From: an uncultured Gammaproteobacteria bacterium
GTDB lineage: Bacteria; Patescibacteriota; Patescibacteriia; S139-126
Reading direction: 5' to 3'
Length of the DNA: 64,000 bases
NCBI GenBank assembly: GCA_964620905.1
Contig: CAZUKA010000001.1
Coordinates: 158,524-222,523, forward strand
The notes under the pieces were generated by a model. That model was given only the letters and a program-made list of their open reading frames with translations. It was not told where the DNA came from and made no database searches. Both the position numbers and the translations under genes were made by a program. The stretch's first letter is position 1. Every line of letters starts with the position of its first letter. This document shows positions 50,154 through 59,907 of the stretch, in pieces.

Positions 50154-51104
50154 CTATAAAGTTGTGATTGGCCTACTTTGAGTTATATAAAACTTACTCT
50201 TATGATAAGCCCATTCTATATCACACGCAAATTTATAATGTTTTTCAATTTGCCTACAAATTTTAGCAATCTCAACTATTTGTTTTCCGGTTAATTTTTG
50301 TCTAGATTCGTCTTTTTTTGGTACCGGCACCCATTTATTATCACCAGATACTGATTTTTGCACTATTTTTTTTGTTTGTTGAGCAATATTTATATCAATA
50401 ATAGAAAAATCTTGTTTATCAACCACGTAAGCATCAGGGGTGATTTGCCCAGACACTATAGCTTCTCCCAGCCCCCAGCCGGCTTCAATTATCATCTGGT
50501 TTTTGTCCATGGTAACAGGGTGAACAGTAAAGGCAATTCCAGAAATTTCAGATTGTATCATAATTTGAACCACCACAGCCACTGAAACTTTTGCTTTTAA
50601 GAGTTTTTTTTCATTTCGGTAAAATATTGCTCTGGGAGTAAATAAAGATGACCAGCAATTTTTTACGTTTTTAATCAAATTTTTTTCAGAGGTATTCAAA
50701 TAAGTTTCCAATTCTCCAGCCCAACTCGCAACTTTTGAATCCTCGGCTGTGGCTGAAGAACGAACTGCAACATATTTGCTTTTTAATTTTTTAAACTCTT
50801 TGATTATTTCTTTTTTCAAATTTTCAGGAAATTTGGCATCAACAATTAAATCTCGAATAACGTTTGAGGCTCGATCCACTGAATTGGTGTCTTTATAATT
50901 TACTTTAGATAGTTTAGCTAAGATGTCTTGATATAAATCTGTTTCAATTAAAAAGTTGTCAAACGCACTTGCTGAGATTACAAAACCATAAGGAATCGGT
51001 ATTTTAGCTTGCATCATCTCCCCCAAAGATGCTCCTTTACCACCCGCTATATTTACATCATTTTTATCAATTTGAGAAAAAAAGTGTATAAATTTTGTGT
51101 TCAT
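50154..51104 (-). CDS. Stand-alone PEP-synthase/PPDK N-terminal nucleotide-binding (ATP-grasp) domain protein
   Basis: GGKGASLGE, AVRSSATAED...SWAG, GLGEAIVSG..TPD, DIEWA; ends at QSRPITTL-stop. No His-swivel or pyruvate-binding domain. Confidence 0.92.
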   Translation of the reverse strand: MNTKFIHFFSQIDKNDVNIAGGKGASLGEMMQAKIPIPYGFVISASAFDNFLIETDLYQDILAKLSKVNYKDTNSVDRASNVIRDLIVDAKFPENLKKEIIKEFKKLKSKYVAVRSSATAEDSKVASWAGELETYLNTSEKNLIKNVKNCWSSLFTPRAIFYRNEKKLLKAKVSVAVVVQIMIQSEISGIAFTVHPVTMDKNQMIIEAGWGLGEAIVSGQITPDAYVVDKQDFSIIDINIAQQTKKIVQKSVSGDNKWVPVPKKDESRQKLTGKQIVEIAKICRQIEKHYKFACDIEWAYHKSKFYITQSRPITTL

Positions 51105-51154
51105 CCAATCTAAATAAATTTTTTATATCATAATTTTATCACACTTTTATATTA

Positions 51155-51183
51155 TTGACAATTTCTAAAAAATATGCTATACT
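51155..51183 (+). promoter_or_regulatory. Near-consensus sigma70 promoter of the amidohydrolase gene
   Basis: TTGACA(51155)-N17-TATACT(51178) with extended TG; SD AAGGAG at 51224-51229, 8 nt before the ATG. Confidence 0.75.
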
Positions 51184-51237
51184 ACCCTATTCTACATTAA
51201 AAACAATAAATATAAACAAACACAAGGAGAAATCAAA

Positions 51238-52422
51238 ATGATTTCAAATCACAAGATCGCCACGGATCTAAATCAAATATTACTTGCCACCCGAAAAGAA
51301 TTTCACAAAATTCCAGAAATACGTTTTAAAACAGAACAAACAAGAACTCTAATAGAAAAATTTCTAAAAGAAAGGATAGATGATTCTTTATATGATACCA
51401 GTATTTTCACAAGCGAAGGTGGTTACTGGCTCGACGTAGTCACTGATCCAACTCTTCCATTCATTGCTATTAGGGCTGACTTTGATGCTTTAGCAATAAC
51501 CGAAAAGACAAATCTTTCATATTCATCTACCATTCCTGGTTTTATGCACGCCTGTGGTCATGATATACATACTGCCTGGCTCCTCACAACACTTGATGCG
51601 GTCATGAGTTATGACCTGCAACTAAGAAGCAATATTAGATTTATTTTTGAAGACGGTGAAGAAAATCCAATCACTCAACCCGGCGCTGACTTTCTCATTG
51701 CAGATGGTGTACTTGAAAAAGTCACCGAAATCTACGGTCTTCATATCTGGGCAGATCCAAATTGTACTCCTGGTACTTTCTATTCTAGAAGCGGAGCGCT
51801 TTTAGGAAATTCCGGTAGATTAGGTATGAAACTGACCTGTAAAGGCGGTCATGTTGCCAGTCCGAATATGGGCAACAATGCGCTACGTATTTATGCAGAA
51901 ATCAATGAAGCTTTGCAAAATATGAAGGCGGCTTTTAATCCAATAGAGCCCATTGTAATTGAGCCGACCACAGTTCTGTGTGGTAAACCAGATGGAGCTA
52001 GCTCGAATATTATGCCAGCAGAAATGGAAGTCTGGTGGGGCGTTAGGTCAATGCTGCCAAGTAAAGATCATAACGAATTTATAGCAAAAATTGCTGAGAC
52101 AATTAAAATAATCGCTGATAAGTATCAGGCAAAAGTCCAATTTACCCCAATTAGTGGTCATCCGTCAACAATCAACGATCCTAACTCGATTGAATTAGTA
52201 AATTCAAAATTAATAAAAAACGCACTAACCACTGATTTAAATCACCCACCGATTCTTGGTGGAGAGTCTTTCGGAAGATATTTGGAAAAAGTTTCCGGAT
52301 CATTCTGGATGCTTGGCGCTTACAAGATGGGTTGCGGTTTCCATCATGAACCAACTTTTAATCCTGATGAAAAGCAATTCTCAAAAGGAGTAGAATTCTT
52401 CTTGTCTCTTATAACTGTTTAG
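51238..52422 (+). CDS. M20D family amidohydrolase
   Basis: FHKIPE, IRADFDAL, MHACGHD.H, FEDGEE, YGLH, GGH, GGESF, HH.P.F.PDE. Confidence 0.92.
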   Translation: MISNHKIATDLNQILLATRKEFHKIPEIRFKTEQTRTLIEKFLKERIDDSLYDTSIFTSEGGYWLDVVTDPTLPFIAIRADFDALAITEKTNLSYSSTIPGFMHACGHDIHTAWLLTTLDAVMSYDLQLRSNIRFIFEDGEENPITQPGADFLIADGVLEKVTEIYGLHIWADPNCTPGTFYSRSGALLGNSGRLGMKLTCKGGHVASPNMGNNALRIYAEINEALQNMKAAFNPIEPIVIEPTTVLCGKPDGASSNIMPAEMEVWWGVRSMLPSKDHNEFIAKIAETIKIIADKYQAKVQFTPISGHPSTINDPNSIELVNSKLIKNALTTDLNHPPILGGESFGRYLEKVSGSFWMLGAYKMGCGFHHEPTFNPDEKQFSKGVEFFLSLITV

Positions 52423-52438
52423 TTATTAGTTATAAGAA

Positions 52439-52465
52439 AACCCCTGATTATTTTAATCAGGGGTT
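52439..52465. terminator. Bidirectional terminator between convergent genes
   Basis: AACCCCTGATTA-ttt-TAATCAGGGGTT perfect 12-bp stem with A- and T-rich flanks. Confidence 0.75.
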
Positions 52466-52469
52466 ATTT

Positions 52470-53402
52470 TTATATATTTATATCTAAATAATAACTCAAT
52501 AGTGCTGCTCCTAAAATATTATATGGCTCTTTTTTAGCATACATAGCCCGAGGATCATCATCAACTTCTTTATCAACTTCGAATATCCTTGGTTTTAACA
52601 TGTATAAAACAGAATCATTTTTCATTCTTTTCATATGTTCTTTGGTAATAGGAATATAACTCTTTAATATTAAATCTTCTTTTTCTTTGGGAAATTTATC
52701 AGTTGGTATAATTCCTTTTTGTAGACCACGAGTCAAAAATAATATGTCAACATCACCAATAAAATTATCTAACTTATCATAATAAATACCTTTGGCACCG
52801 TTTCTTTTTGCCTGTTCCTCAACTTCTTTTGGTAGCGGAAAATGACCAAGATCATCAATAAACAACTCGACGCCATAATATCCTAAGATTGGTACCATTG
52901 ATTTTGTTGCTCGATTTATTTCTGGAGTACCGTAAATACCTATTTTTGTTCCCTGTAAAGGTCTCTTTAAATAATGAAACATATTGCAAATTATCCAGGG
53001 TGTACCGACTGGGTGTTCTTTTGAACCACTACCGCAGTTTAAAAGTGGTACATATGAATACGGTGAACAACGTTCAGCAGAGTCATCATCTTGATGTCTG
53101 AGGGCTATAAGGTCGGAAAAACAACTGTATTCCCTAACTGTATCTTCTAAGCTTTCCCCTTTCTCCATCGAAAGCCCTTGTTCTCCGATTGTACCTATCC
53201 ATCCACCTCCCATACGTAAAATGCTTGATTGAAACATATTCATAGTTCTAGTTGAAGGTTGGAAAAAAAGGGTAGATACGATTTTTCCTCTTGCTAACTC
53301 TGGTGATATTCCATTTTTTTCAAAATACTCAAATCTTTTTAAGATTTCATCATAATCACTTTTTGATAAGTCGTTTGAAGAAATAAGATGTTTTAAAGGC
53401 AT
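52470..53402 (-). CDS. Aspartate/ornithine carbamoyltransferase family protein, divergent (ATCase-like)
   Basis: FFQPSTRT, S.EKGESLEDT, ALRH, EHP; but HPxQ reads HPVG and HPLP reads MLKP. Confidence 0.85.
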   Translation of the reverse strand: MPLKHLISSNDLSKSDYDEILKRFEYFEKNGISPELARGKIVSTLFFQPSTRTMNMFQSSILRMGGGWIGTIGEQGLSMEKGESLEDTVREYSCFSDLIALRHQDDDSAERCSPYSYVPLLNCGSGSKEHPVGTPWIICNMFHYLKRPLQGTKIGIYGTPEINRATKSMVPILGYYGVELFIDDLGHFPLPKEVEEQAKRNGAKGIYYDKLDNFIGDVDILFLTRGLQKGIIPTDKFPKEKEDLILKSYIPITKEHMKRMKNDSVLYMLKPRIFEVDKEVDDDPRAMYAKKEPYNILGAALLSYYLDINI

Positions 53403-53421
53403 AAAAATAATTTATAATAAT

Positions 53422-54345
53422 TTATTTTTTATTTATTATATCTTCAATTATTTTAAAGGGTATTTCTTCATTAAATTCAAATAATAAATTTCCTTCTTTA
53501 TCATCCTTTTTATAAATTAACCTTACACGTGATTCGTTTTTACCTTCAATATTATCTATCTCAACCTCAAAACCTTCAGCAAAATCTACACCTTGATTGC
53601 CCAAAGCTTTTACCAATTTATCCCTTTCCTCTTGACCTTTAATCTTCTCTACCACCCGACATAAAAATAAATCCAAAGCCCCAGCGTGACTACCAAGAAA
53701 TCTTTCCAGTTGTTTACCATACTTTTTTTCATTATTTTTGTCTTCAATCAATTTACCAAAATTTTTTGCAATTTTTGTATATTTATCAATTATCTGCGCT
53801 AAATTTCCTGCTGCTCTTAGATAAGTTGTGCTTTTATCATCACCTAATTTTTCAGCAATTTTATCACTTTCCTCAACCATCCATTTTAAACCAGAATTGT
53901 TACTATATGCTTGGTTGCTCTGTGATTCAAATTCATCATTATAAAAAGCAAATCCAAGTCTTTTATCTTCACCCAGTCTTGTTCCATATTCTAATTTTTT
54001 ACCGTCAATAAAATTTAGTTTTTCTTTTAATTCATCTAGTGTTTCTTCACCAGTAATATGATCTCTACCTATAGCCCCAGCCATTTCAAATCCCCCAGCT
54101 TGCTGTGAACGGATGATATTACTTCCCATTGCCAAAGAGGCATCACTTGCTGGATACTCGGATTTACCTTTTTCTAATGCTTGCTCTTTACCTTTACGTG
54201 TTAATTCTTGTTCAAGATTGGTTCTATCTGGTCTTTTTTCTTTCTCTCCGTGTCTAGTAATATGCAGTAAAACACGACTTTTAATATTTTCTTGTGGTTC
54301 TTTATTTTCAAAATTGGTTTTTGAAAAAAACTCCTTAAATTTCAT
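53422..54345 (-). CDS. Histidine phosphatase superfamily protein
   Basis: HITRHGEK, LT..G..QA, S...RSQQ, downstream GSHAG. Confidence 0.75.
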   Translation of the reverse strand: MKFKEFFSKTNFENKEPQENIKSRVLLHITRHGEKEKRPDRTNLEQELTRKGKEQALEKGKSEYPASDASLAMGSNIIRSQQAGGFEMAGAIGRDHITGEETLDELKEKLNFIDGKKLEYGTRLGEDKRLGFAFYNDEFESQSNQAYSNNSGLKWMVEESDKIAEKLGDDKSTTYLRAAGNLAQIIDKYTKIAKNFGKLIEDKNNEKKYGKQLERFLGSHAGALDLFLCRVVEKIKGQEERDKLVKALGNQGVDFAEGFEVEIDNIEGKNESRVRLIYKKDDKEGNLLFEFNEEIPFKIIEDIINKK

Positions 54346-54350
54346 ATATA

Positions 54351-55799
54351 TTATTTAATAATCTTTATCTCTCCTGTATTTGCATCTATTTGTATTATAT
54401 CACCATTTTTCAATTTTTTTGTAGCGATTTTAGTGCCAATAATACATATCTTACCAAGCTCACGTGAAACCACAGCAGCATGTGACATCAATCCCCCAAT
54501 ATCAGTGACAACGGCTTTAGCTTGTCGCATTAAGTGGATATAATCAGGTGAAGTCATTGGTGCTACCAAAATTTCACTTGGTTTAATTTTTTTTAATTGA
54601 CGAGGCGAAAATACTACTCTGACAGTTCCGGTAATTTTTTTGTTAGAACGATTCGCAACTACACCAACTATTTTTTTATTATTCTGCTGGCTATCTATTT
54701 GTTTTAATATTGGATTGAAAAACTTTTTTGCTTTTTTACCAAAAATCAATTGGTAATTAGCATTTTTAATTAAAAATATAAAATATCCTTTTCTTTTTTT
54801 TAAATCGATTTGACCAATTTTATTTCCTTTTAAACCCAAATCTAACCATTCTTCAGCTGTATAATATAAAAGATCAGATTTTTTTACATGATAAAATACT
54901 GCTAAGGAATCCAATATTTTATCAAAACTACTGTGTGCCCACCAAGATTTTGCTTTTCTATCATCTTGCCACCATAAAGAAAATGATAAAGCTTGTGAAA
55001 TATTCAAATAATTTTTGGATAAATTATATTTATTTATTATATCTGCTTTATTTTTTATAACTCTATTTTTATAATAACTTAAATTATCATAAATTGATTT
55101 TGCTTTTTTCTTATTATATGATTTTAACCGAGCAAACCATTCACCAGCACCAATATAGTAAATCTGATAATAACTATTATCAACCCAGTTCCATTTTTTT
55201 TCGAAATTTTTTAAGGCAACTGAAGAAGCTTTTATATTTTTTTTGCTAAAATATAATTTAAGAAGTTCAAGTTCATTTTGTTGATGAAAACTTAAATCTT
55301 CTGGTGTTAATAAAACCTCAACTATTTTATCAATTTTTTTTACATCCACGCCATCACGTTTCAATAAATTAGCTAAATATTTTGGTGCGGAAAAGTTGGC
55401 TATTTCATAAATTAATGACAATCGCCAAAATGGTATCAAGTGATTATACCATTCTTTGGTTGTTTGTTTTAATATCTTTTTATTAGTTATATTTGTTTTT
55501 TGAAGCCTTTTTGCAGCAACTGATATATTACTAATTATTTTTTTATATTCGTTCCAAATAATTTTTCTCTTTTTTTCTGGTAATATCCACTTTTCAATCG
55601 CTTCATAACCGTATTTTTCCATTAACTCTTTTTCCCAATAAAAGGTTAGACGATCATGATCATATAAACCAATCAGATGTGGCCATCTTATACCATGAAT
55701 TACCATACCAGTAGGTTTAAACCAAAACGAGGGATATAATATCCTTGCATCTATCGGCCCCCATTGGTCAATAGTATTTTTTTTATAAAAATAAGACAT
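54351..55799 (-). CDS. Phospho-His swivel (PEP-utilizer mobile) domain protein, array member 7
   Basis: C-terminal ILVAPMTSPDY...AVVTDIGGLMSHAAVVSRELG..CIIGTKIAT...DANTG; about 370-aa variable N-domain. Confidence 0.9.
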   Translation of the reverse strand: MSYFYKKNTIDQWGPIDARILYPSFWFKPTGMVIHGIRWPHLIGLYDHDRLTFYWEKELMEKYGYEAIEKWILPEKKRKIIWNEYKKIISNISVAAKRLQKTNITNKKILKQTTKEWYNHLIPFWRLSLIYEIANFSAPKYLANLLKRDGVDVKKIDKIVEVLLTPEDLSFHQQNELELLKLYFSKKNIKASSVALKNFEKKWNWVDNSYYQIYYIGAGEWFARLKSYNKKKAKSIYDNLSYYKNRVIKNKADIINKYNLSKNYLNISQALSFSLWWQDDRKAKSWWAHSSFDKILDSLAVFYHVKKSDLLYYTAEEWLDLGLKGNKIGQIDLKKRKGYFIFLIKNANYQLIFGKKAKKFFNPILKQIDSQQNNKKIVGVVANRSNKKITGTVRVVFSPRQLKKIKPSEILVAPMTSPDYIHLMRQAKAVVTDIGGLMSHAAVVSRELGKICIIGTKIATKKLKNGDIIQIDANTGEIKIIK

Positions 55800-55800
55800 A

Positions 55801-57189
55801 TTATTTTATTATTGTAACAACTCCATGATTGGCATTTACTTCCACTCTATCGCCGTCTTTAATCACCTTAGTCGCTATTTTTGTACCAACCACGCAGGGT
55901 TTTTTCAGTTCTCGTGCCACAATGGCTGCATGTGAGGCAATACCACCTTCATTAGTCACAAACGCAGCCGCTTTATACATAGCCGGTATATAGTTCGGAT
56001 GTGTTGTGTTGGCTATAAGAATATCACCTTTTTTTACTCGTTTTATATCATGGTAACTTTTTATTATTTTTACTTTGCCTCTAGCTAATCCTGTATAAGC
56101 ACTTAGGCCTTGCAATACTACTATTTTTTTTGTATTTAATTCTATTTTTTTTATTATTTCCAAATATTTTTTTATTTTTTTATCAATCACCCAAGTTTCC
56201 AATGTAAAACTATTTCCTGTTATTATGACCTTGTGTTTTTTTCTATAAGCAATAATATCTGATGGTAACTGATTCTGTACTAAACAATCACTTATTTCTT
56301 TGAAACTTAAGTAACCAAGATCATTACGATCAATATTAAAACGCATAGCTATAGTATCAAACAAAAAAGTCCAATTATAAACATATTGCCTTCTAACATC
56401 GTCACGAAAATCTTTGAAAAATATAATATAAGGCGCCAAATCAATATGATATTTTTCTTGTTTAGTGGGTTTAAGTAGTTTGTATAATTTCTGGTGTGAT
56501 ATATTTTTTATCTCATTCTTACTGATGCTTTTCTTCTTAAACTGCTGTATCCATTTTTTATCAATCGGACGATACCAAATTGCAGACCAACTACGTAAAA
56601 ATTGATATTTATCTATAAGTTTGGATATAGGAAAATTTGACTGTAAATCTTGTTGTAATCTGATAATGGCTGTTGTTCGCCAACTTTTATATATAGACGA
56701 CATAATTTCCTCATACCTATTTTCTAATCCTCTCTTTTTTATCAACTTACTAAGTATGTTTTCTGAATCAATTTGCCACGTTTCTATACCCCACCAAGGC
56801 CAAATACTAAATCGATAATTTATCTTATCAAAACCAGTCAGAAAATCTTCTAGAGCTTTAATTTGCCACTGAAAGGAATCTGTGTATTCAAATTTTTTCC
56901 AATAATTAATTTTTTTATTATATTTTTTTATTATTTCCTTACCCTCTATATAATATTTCTTAGCTTGATCAACACTTTTAAAAAAATGTTTATAAATAAT
57001 TCTACCAACTTCTAATTCATCAACAGAGAGATAATGAGTAAGGATTTTATTTTCAATTATAGTAAAAAATGGTTCTTTTATTTTATTTTCAACCAAACGT
57101 GAACAATCAATAAAAACTTTGTCTAAAACAGATATTGTTGCGATATCAACACCTTCTCGAGTAATTAATTTTTTCCATTTATATTTCAT
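55801..57189 (-). CDS. Phospho-His swivel domain protein, array member 6
   Basis: ILIANTTHPNY...FVTNEGGIASHAAIVARELKKPCVVGTKIAT. Confidence 0.9.
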   Translation of the reverse strand: MKYKWKKLITREGVDIATISVLDKVFIDCSRLVENKIKEPFFTIIENKILTHYLSVDELEVGRIIYKHFFKSVDQAKKYYIEGKEIIKKYNKKINYWKKFEYTDSFQWQIKALEDFLTGFDKINYRFSIWPWWGIETWQIDSENILSKLIKKRGLENRYEEIMSSIYKSWRTTAIIRLQQDLQSNFPISKLIDKYQFLRSWSAIWYRPIDKKWIQQFKKKSISKNEIKNISHQKLYKLLKPTKQEKYHIDLAPYIIFFKDFRDDVRRQYVYNWTFLFDTIAMRFNIDRNDLGYLSFKEISDCLVQNQLPSDIIAYRKKHKVIITGNSFTLETWVIDKKIKKYLEIIKKIELNTKKIVVLQGLSAYTGLARGKVKIIKSYHDIKRVKKGDILIANTTHPNYIPAMYKAAAFVTNEGGIASHAAIVARELKKPCVVGTKIATKVIKDGDRVEVNANHGVVTIIK

Positions 57190-58748
57190 TTTGGTAAATA
57201 AATTTTTCCATTATTGGCATCAACTTCAATCAACTGCCCGGTTTCAACTACCTTAGTGGCAATTCTAGTTCCTATTACACAAGGTTTCTTAAGCTCCCTA
57301 GATACTATAGCCGCGTGGGTGGTTATACCACCTTGTTCGGTAACAATAGCGCCTGCTCGTTTCATTGCTGGGACAAAATCAGGGGTTGTATTATTAGTAA
57401 CTAATATTTCACCTGTTTTTAACTTACTCAAATCTTTAATATTTAAAATTACTCTAGCTTTTCCGATAACTTTCCCTGGACATGCAGTTACACCATTAAT
57501 GACTTTGGTATTTTTATTTACTTTTTCAAATATATTTCTGTCAATTTTATTAAATTCATTATTTTCAAAAAATTTCCAACCTTTTGGACACACATAAAAT
57601 GCACATCCCTTTTGTCTATTTTTTACCTTTATTTTGTTAATCTTACCATGTAAAATTAAATCTTTCATCTCTGGATCATAAGTAAAACAAATATCTTTTT
57701 TATCAATTTTATAACGTCTGGCTAATTCATTTAGAATTGTAAAAATATAATGATTGGTTCTAAAAACACCAGACTTTCTTGTATCTTGCCACTTAGTAAA
57801 AATATCCGTGTATTTAATCAAATTTTTAAAATATAAATTTAATTTTAATTTTTTTATTAATAAATTCTTAGTATACAAATTTTTTGATTTGTTACTTTCT
57901 ACCTTATATTTTTTCAGTATATCTCTTTCAGTTAAAAATAATCTCCTTGCTTTCTCAATAAAATAGAAAGTTTTCAATGGCTCTGAATCATAATAACTAT
58001 TTTCTACCCAATAATATTTTTTTTGATGTTGATCAAATAAGTTTAAAAAATTTTTATTTTCACAAATAAAATTAATAAAATTTTTTTTACTTTTTAAATG
58101 AGTATATATTTTTTTATTTTTTCCAATTTTTAAGCATAGTTGCAAAAGTCCTACTAATTCTTGCTGTGTAAAGGTATCATAAACAGGCAGTGTTAAAATA
58201 TGTAACTTTTTTTCTATATTTTTCTCTTTTAATCTATTTAATTCCTTGGATAAAAGTTCTAAATACCAATCTTTTTCTTTATTTGATAAAAATGAGTCAA
58301 CTAAATATGGTAATGTACTTTCATAAATATACGCTTCTTTTAATTCTTCATATAACTTATATATAGTTTCAGGTTTCGTATTTTTTAGATCAATATTATC
58401 AAATTTTTTATAAATTTTTTTTAGCTGTCGCCAATCTTTTTCCCACTGCTTATACCAGGAATCAATTTTTCTTGGATTATTTTTTATTAATTTGAGGATA
58501 CGACCGCGCACACGTTCTAAATCACGATTATCCCAAAACCAATGCAATCTATTATTCTCAAGATAGCAAAAAGCGGTACGATAAGTGTTTGGCACTCGTT
58601 TATTGATATAGTATACACAGCCGTAACCTACTAAAAATAATGGGTTTAGTACCCCAGACCAACTTTTTTCATACCAATCTCTATTTGAGATATAGTCTTT
58701 AGTAAAAATTTTATACGATTTTGCTAATTCTGGTATTTTCATTATCAT
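57186..58748 (-). CDS. Phospho-His swivel domain protein, array member 5
   Basis: ILVTNNTTPDF...IVTEQGGITTHAAIVSRELKKPCVIGTRIAT. Confidence 0.9.
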   Translation of the reverse strand: MIMKIPELAKSYKIFTKDYISNRDWYEKSWSGVLNPLFLVGYGCVYYINKRVPNTYRTAFCYLENNRLHWFWDNRDLERVRGRILKLIKNNPRKIDSWYKQWEKDWRQLKKIYKKFDNIDLKNTKPETIYKLYEELKEAYIYESTLPYLVDSFLSNKEKDWYLELLSKELNRLKEKNIEKKLHILTLPVYDTFTQQELVGLLQLCLKIGKNKKIYTHLKSKKNFINFICENKNFLNLFDQHQKKYYWVENSYYDSEPLKTFYFIEKARRLFLTERDILKKYKVESNKSKNLYTKNLLIKKLKLNLYFKNLIKYTDIFTKWQDTRKSGVFRTNHYIFTILNELARRYKIDKKDICFTYDPEMKDLILHGKINKIKVKNRQKGCAFYVCPKGWKFFENNEFNKIDRNIFEKVNKNTKVINGVTACPGKVIGKARVILNIKDLSKLKTGEILVTNNTTPDFVPAMKRAGAIVTEQGGITTHAAIVSRELKKPCVIGTRIATKVVETGQLIEVDANNGKIYLPK

Positions 58749-59905
58749 ATTTTTTTGATGATTCCATTGGTTGCATCAACTTCTACTCTATCCCCGTTTT
58801 TAAAAATTTTTGTTGCCATCTTAACATTAATTATACATGGAATTTTTAACTCCCTGGAGACTATAGCTGCATGAGATAATAATCCCCCTACTTCTGTGAT
58901 AACAGCACCGGCCTTTCTAATCACTGGCATCAAATCAGGTGAAGTACTGACTGATACCAAAATATTACCCTGATTAAAATTAGACATCTCTACCTTTAAA
59001 CTTTTTTCCAATCGGTGAGTTATTATTCTTACTTGACCAATTATTTTTCCTGGAAAAGCTGTTTTACCCTTTATTTCTTTTTTTATATTGTAATTATTTT
59101 TTTCTTTTACTGGTTTTATATCTAATCTATAATTTGATTTTAAATAATATAGACAATAATACTTAATTCTATTATCAATTATTTCTTTGGGTACCTTTCT
59201 TCCTTTTAAAAGAAAATTTTCAAGTTCTTTATATTTTAAATTTTGGGCTTGTAATACAGTAAAATTCATACGATTACCTATCTCTTCATATAGTTTCTTT
59301 ACCTTCAAAAAAGTATTTAAATATACGTCATGCATTTCCAATCTACGTTTACCAATTAACCTAAGGTCATTAATTGTTTCTTTTAATTTAGACGCGATTT
59401 TAAAATCTGATTCATCATATTCACCAACTAACAACTTGTTTAAGCTGTTTTTTTTATTTTGTGGTATTTCCAAAATTATTTTGTCAATTAATTTTTGATA
59501 AACATCTGGTCTCGTAAACCTGTATACGGCCAATAATTTAGTATAGGAGTCAAAAAAATCTTTGAATAACATAAAAAGTCTCCTGTTATTTAAATTAATC
59601 AATCTAAATTTTTTTATATAATTAGCTATTTTAAAAACTTCTTTTTCAATTTTTTTTGTGGTAGCTATGTATTTTATTACATAATTATGATCTTGATATT
59701 TTTTGTAACCTATTATATTTACTTCATTTTCAGTTTTTTTGTTTATATAAAAAGTTAAACTTTGATTTATGTTTCGAAGATAATGCCTACCATAACTATG
59801 ACCTAATATTTTTTTTCTAACTAAAACATCACCATTAAAAAGCATTTCAGAAAATGTAAAAGGAACACTATCTATTGTCCAATCTTTTTTAAATTTACTA
59901 CGCAT
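58745..59905 (-). CDS. Phospho-His swivel domain protein, array member 4
   Basis: ILVSVSTSPDL...VITEVGGLLSHAAIVSRELKIPCII. Confidence 0.9.
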   Translation of the reverse strand: MRSKFKKDWTIDSVPFTFSEMLFNGDVLVRKKILGHSYGRHYLRNINQSLTFYINKKTENEVNIIGYKKYQDHNYVIKYIATTKKIEKEVFKIANYIKKFRLINLNNRRLFMLFKDFFDSYTKLLAVYRFTRPDVYQKLIDKIILEIPQNKKNSLNKLLVGEYDESDFKIASKLKETINDLRLIGKRRLEMHDVYLNTFLKVKKLYEEIGNRMNFTVLQAQNLKYKELENFLLKGRKVPKEIIDNRIKYYCLYYLKSNYRLDIKPVKEKNNYNIKKEIKGKTAFPGKIIGQVRIITHRLEKSLKVEMSNFNQGNILVSVSTSPDLMPVIRKAGAVITEVGGLLSHAAIVSRELKIPCIINVKMATKIFKNGDRVEVDATNGIIKKI

Positions 59906-59907
59906 AA

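Noticed and set aside
52470-53402. Assigning the symbol pyrB
   Set aside because: HPxQ, RxQxER and HPLP motifs are altered and there is no pyr context.
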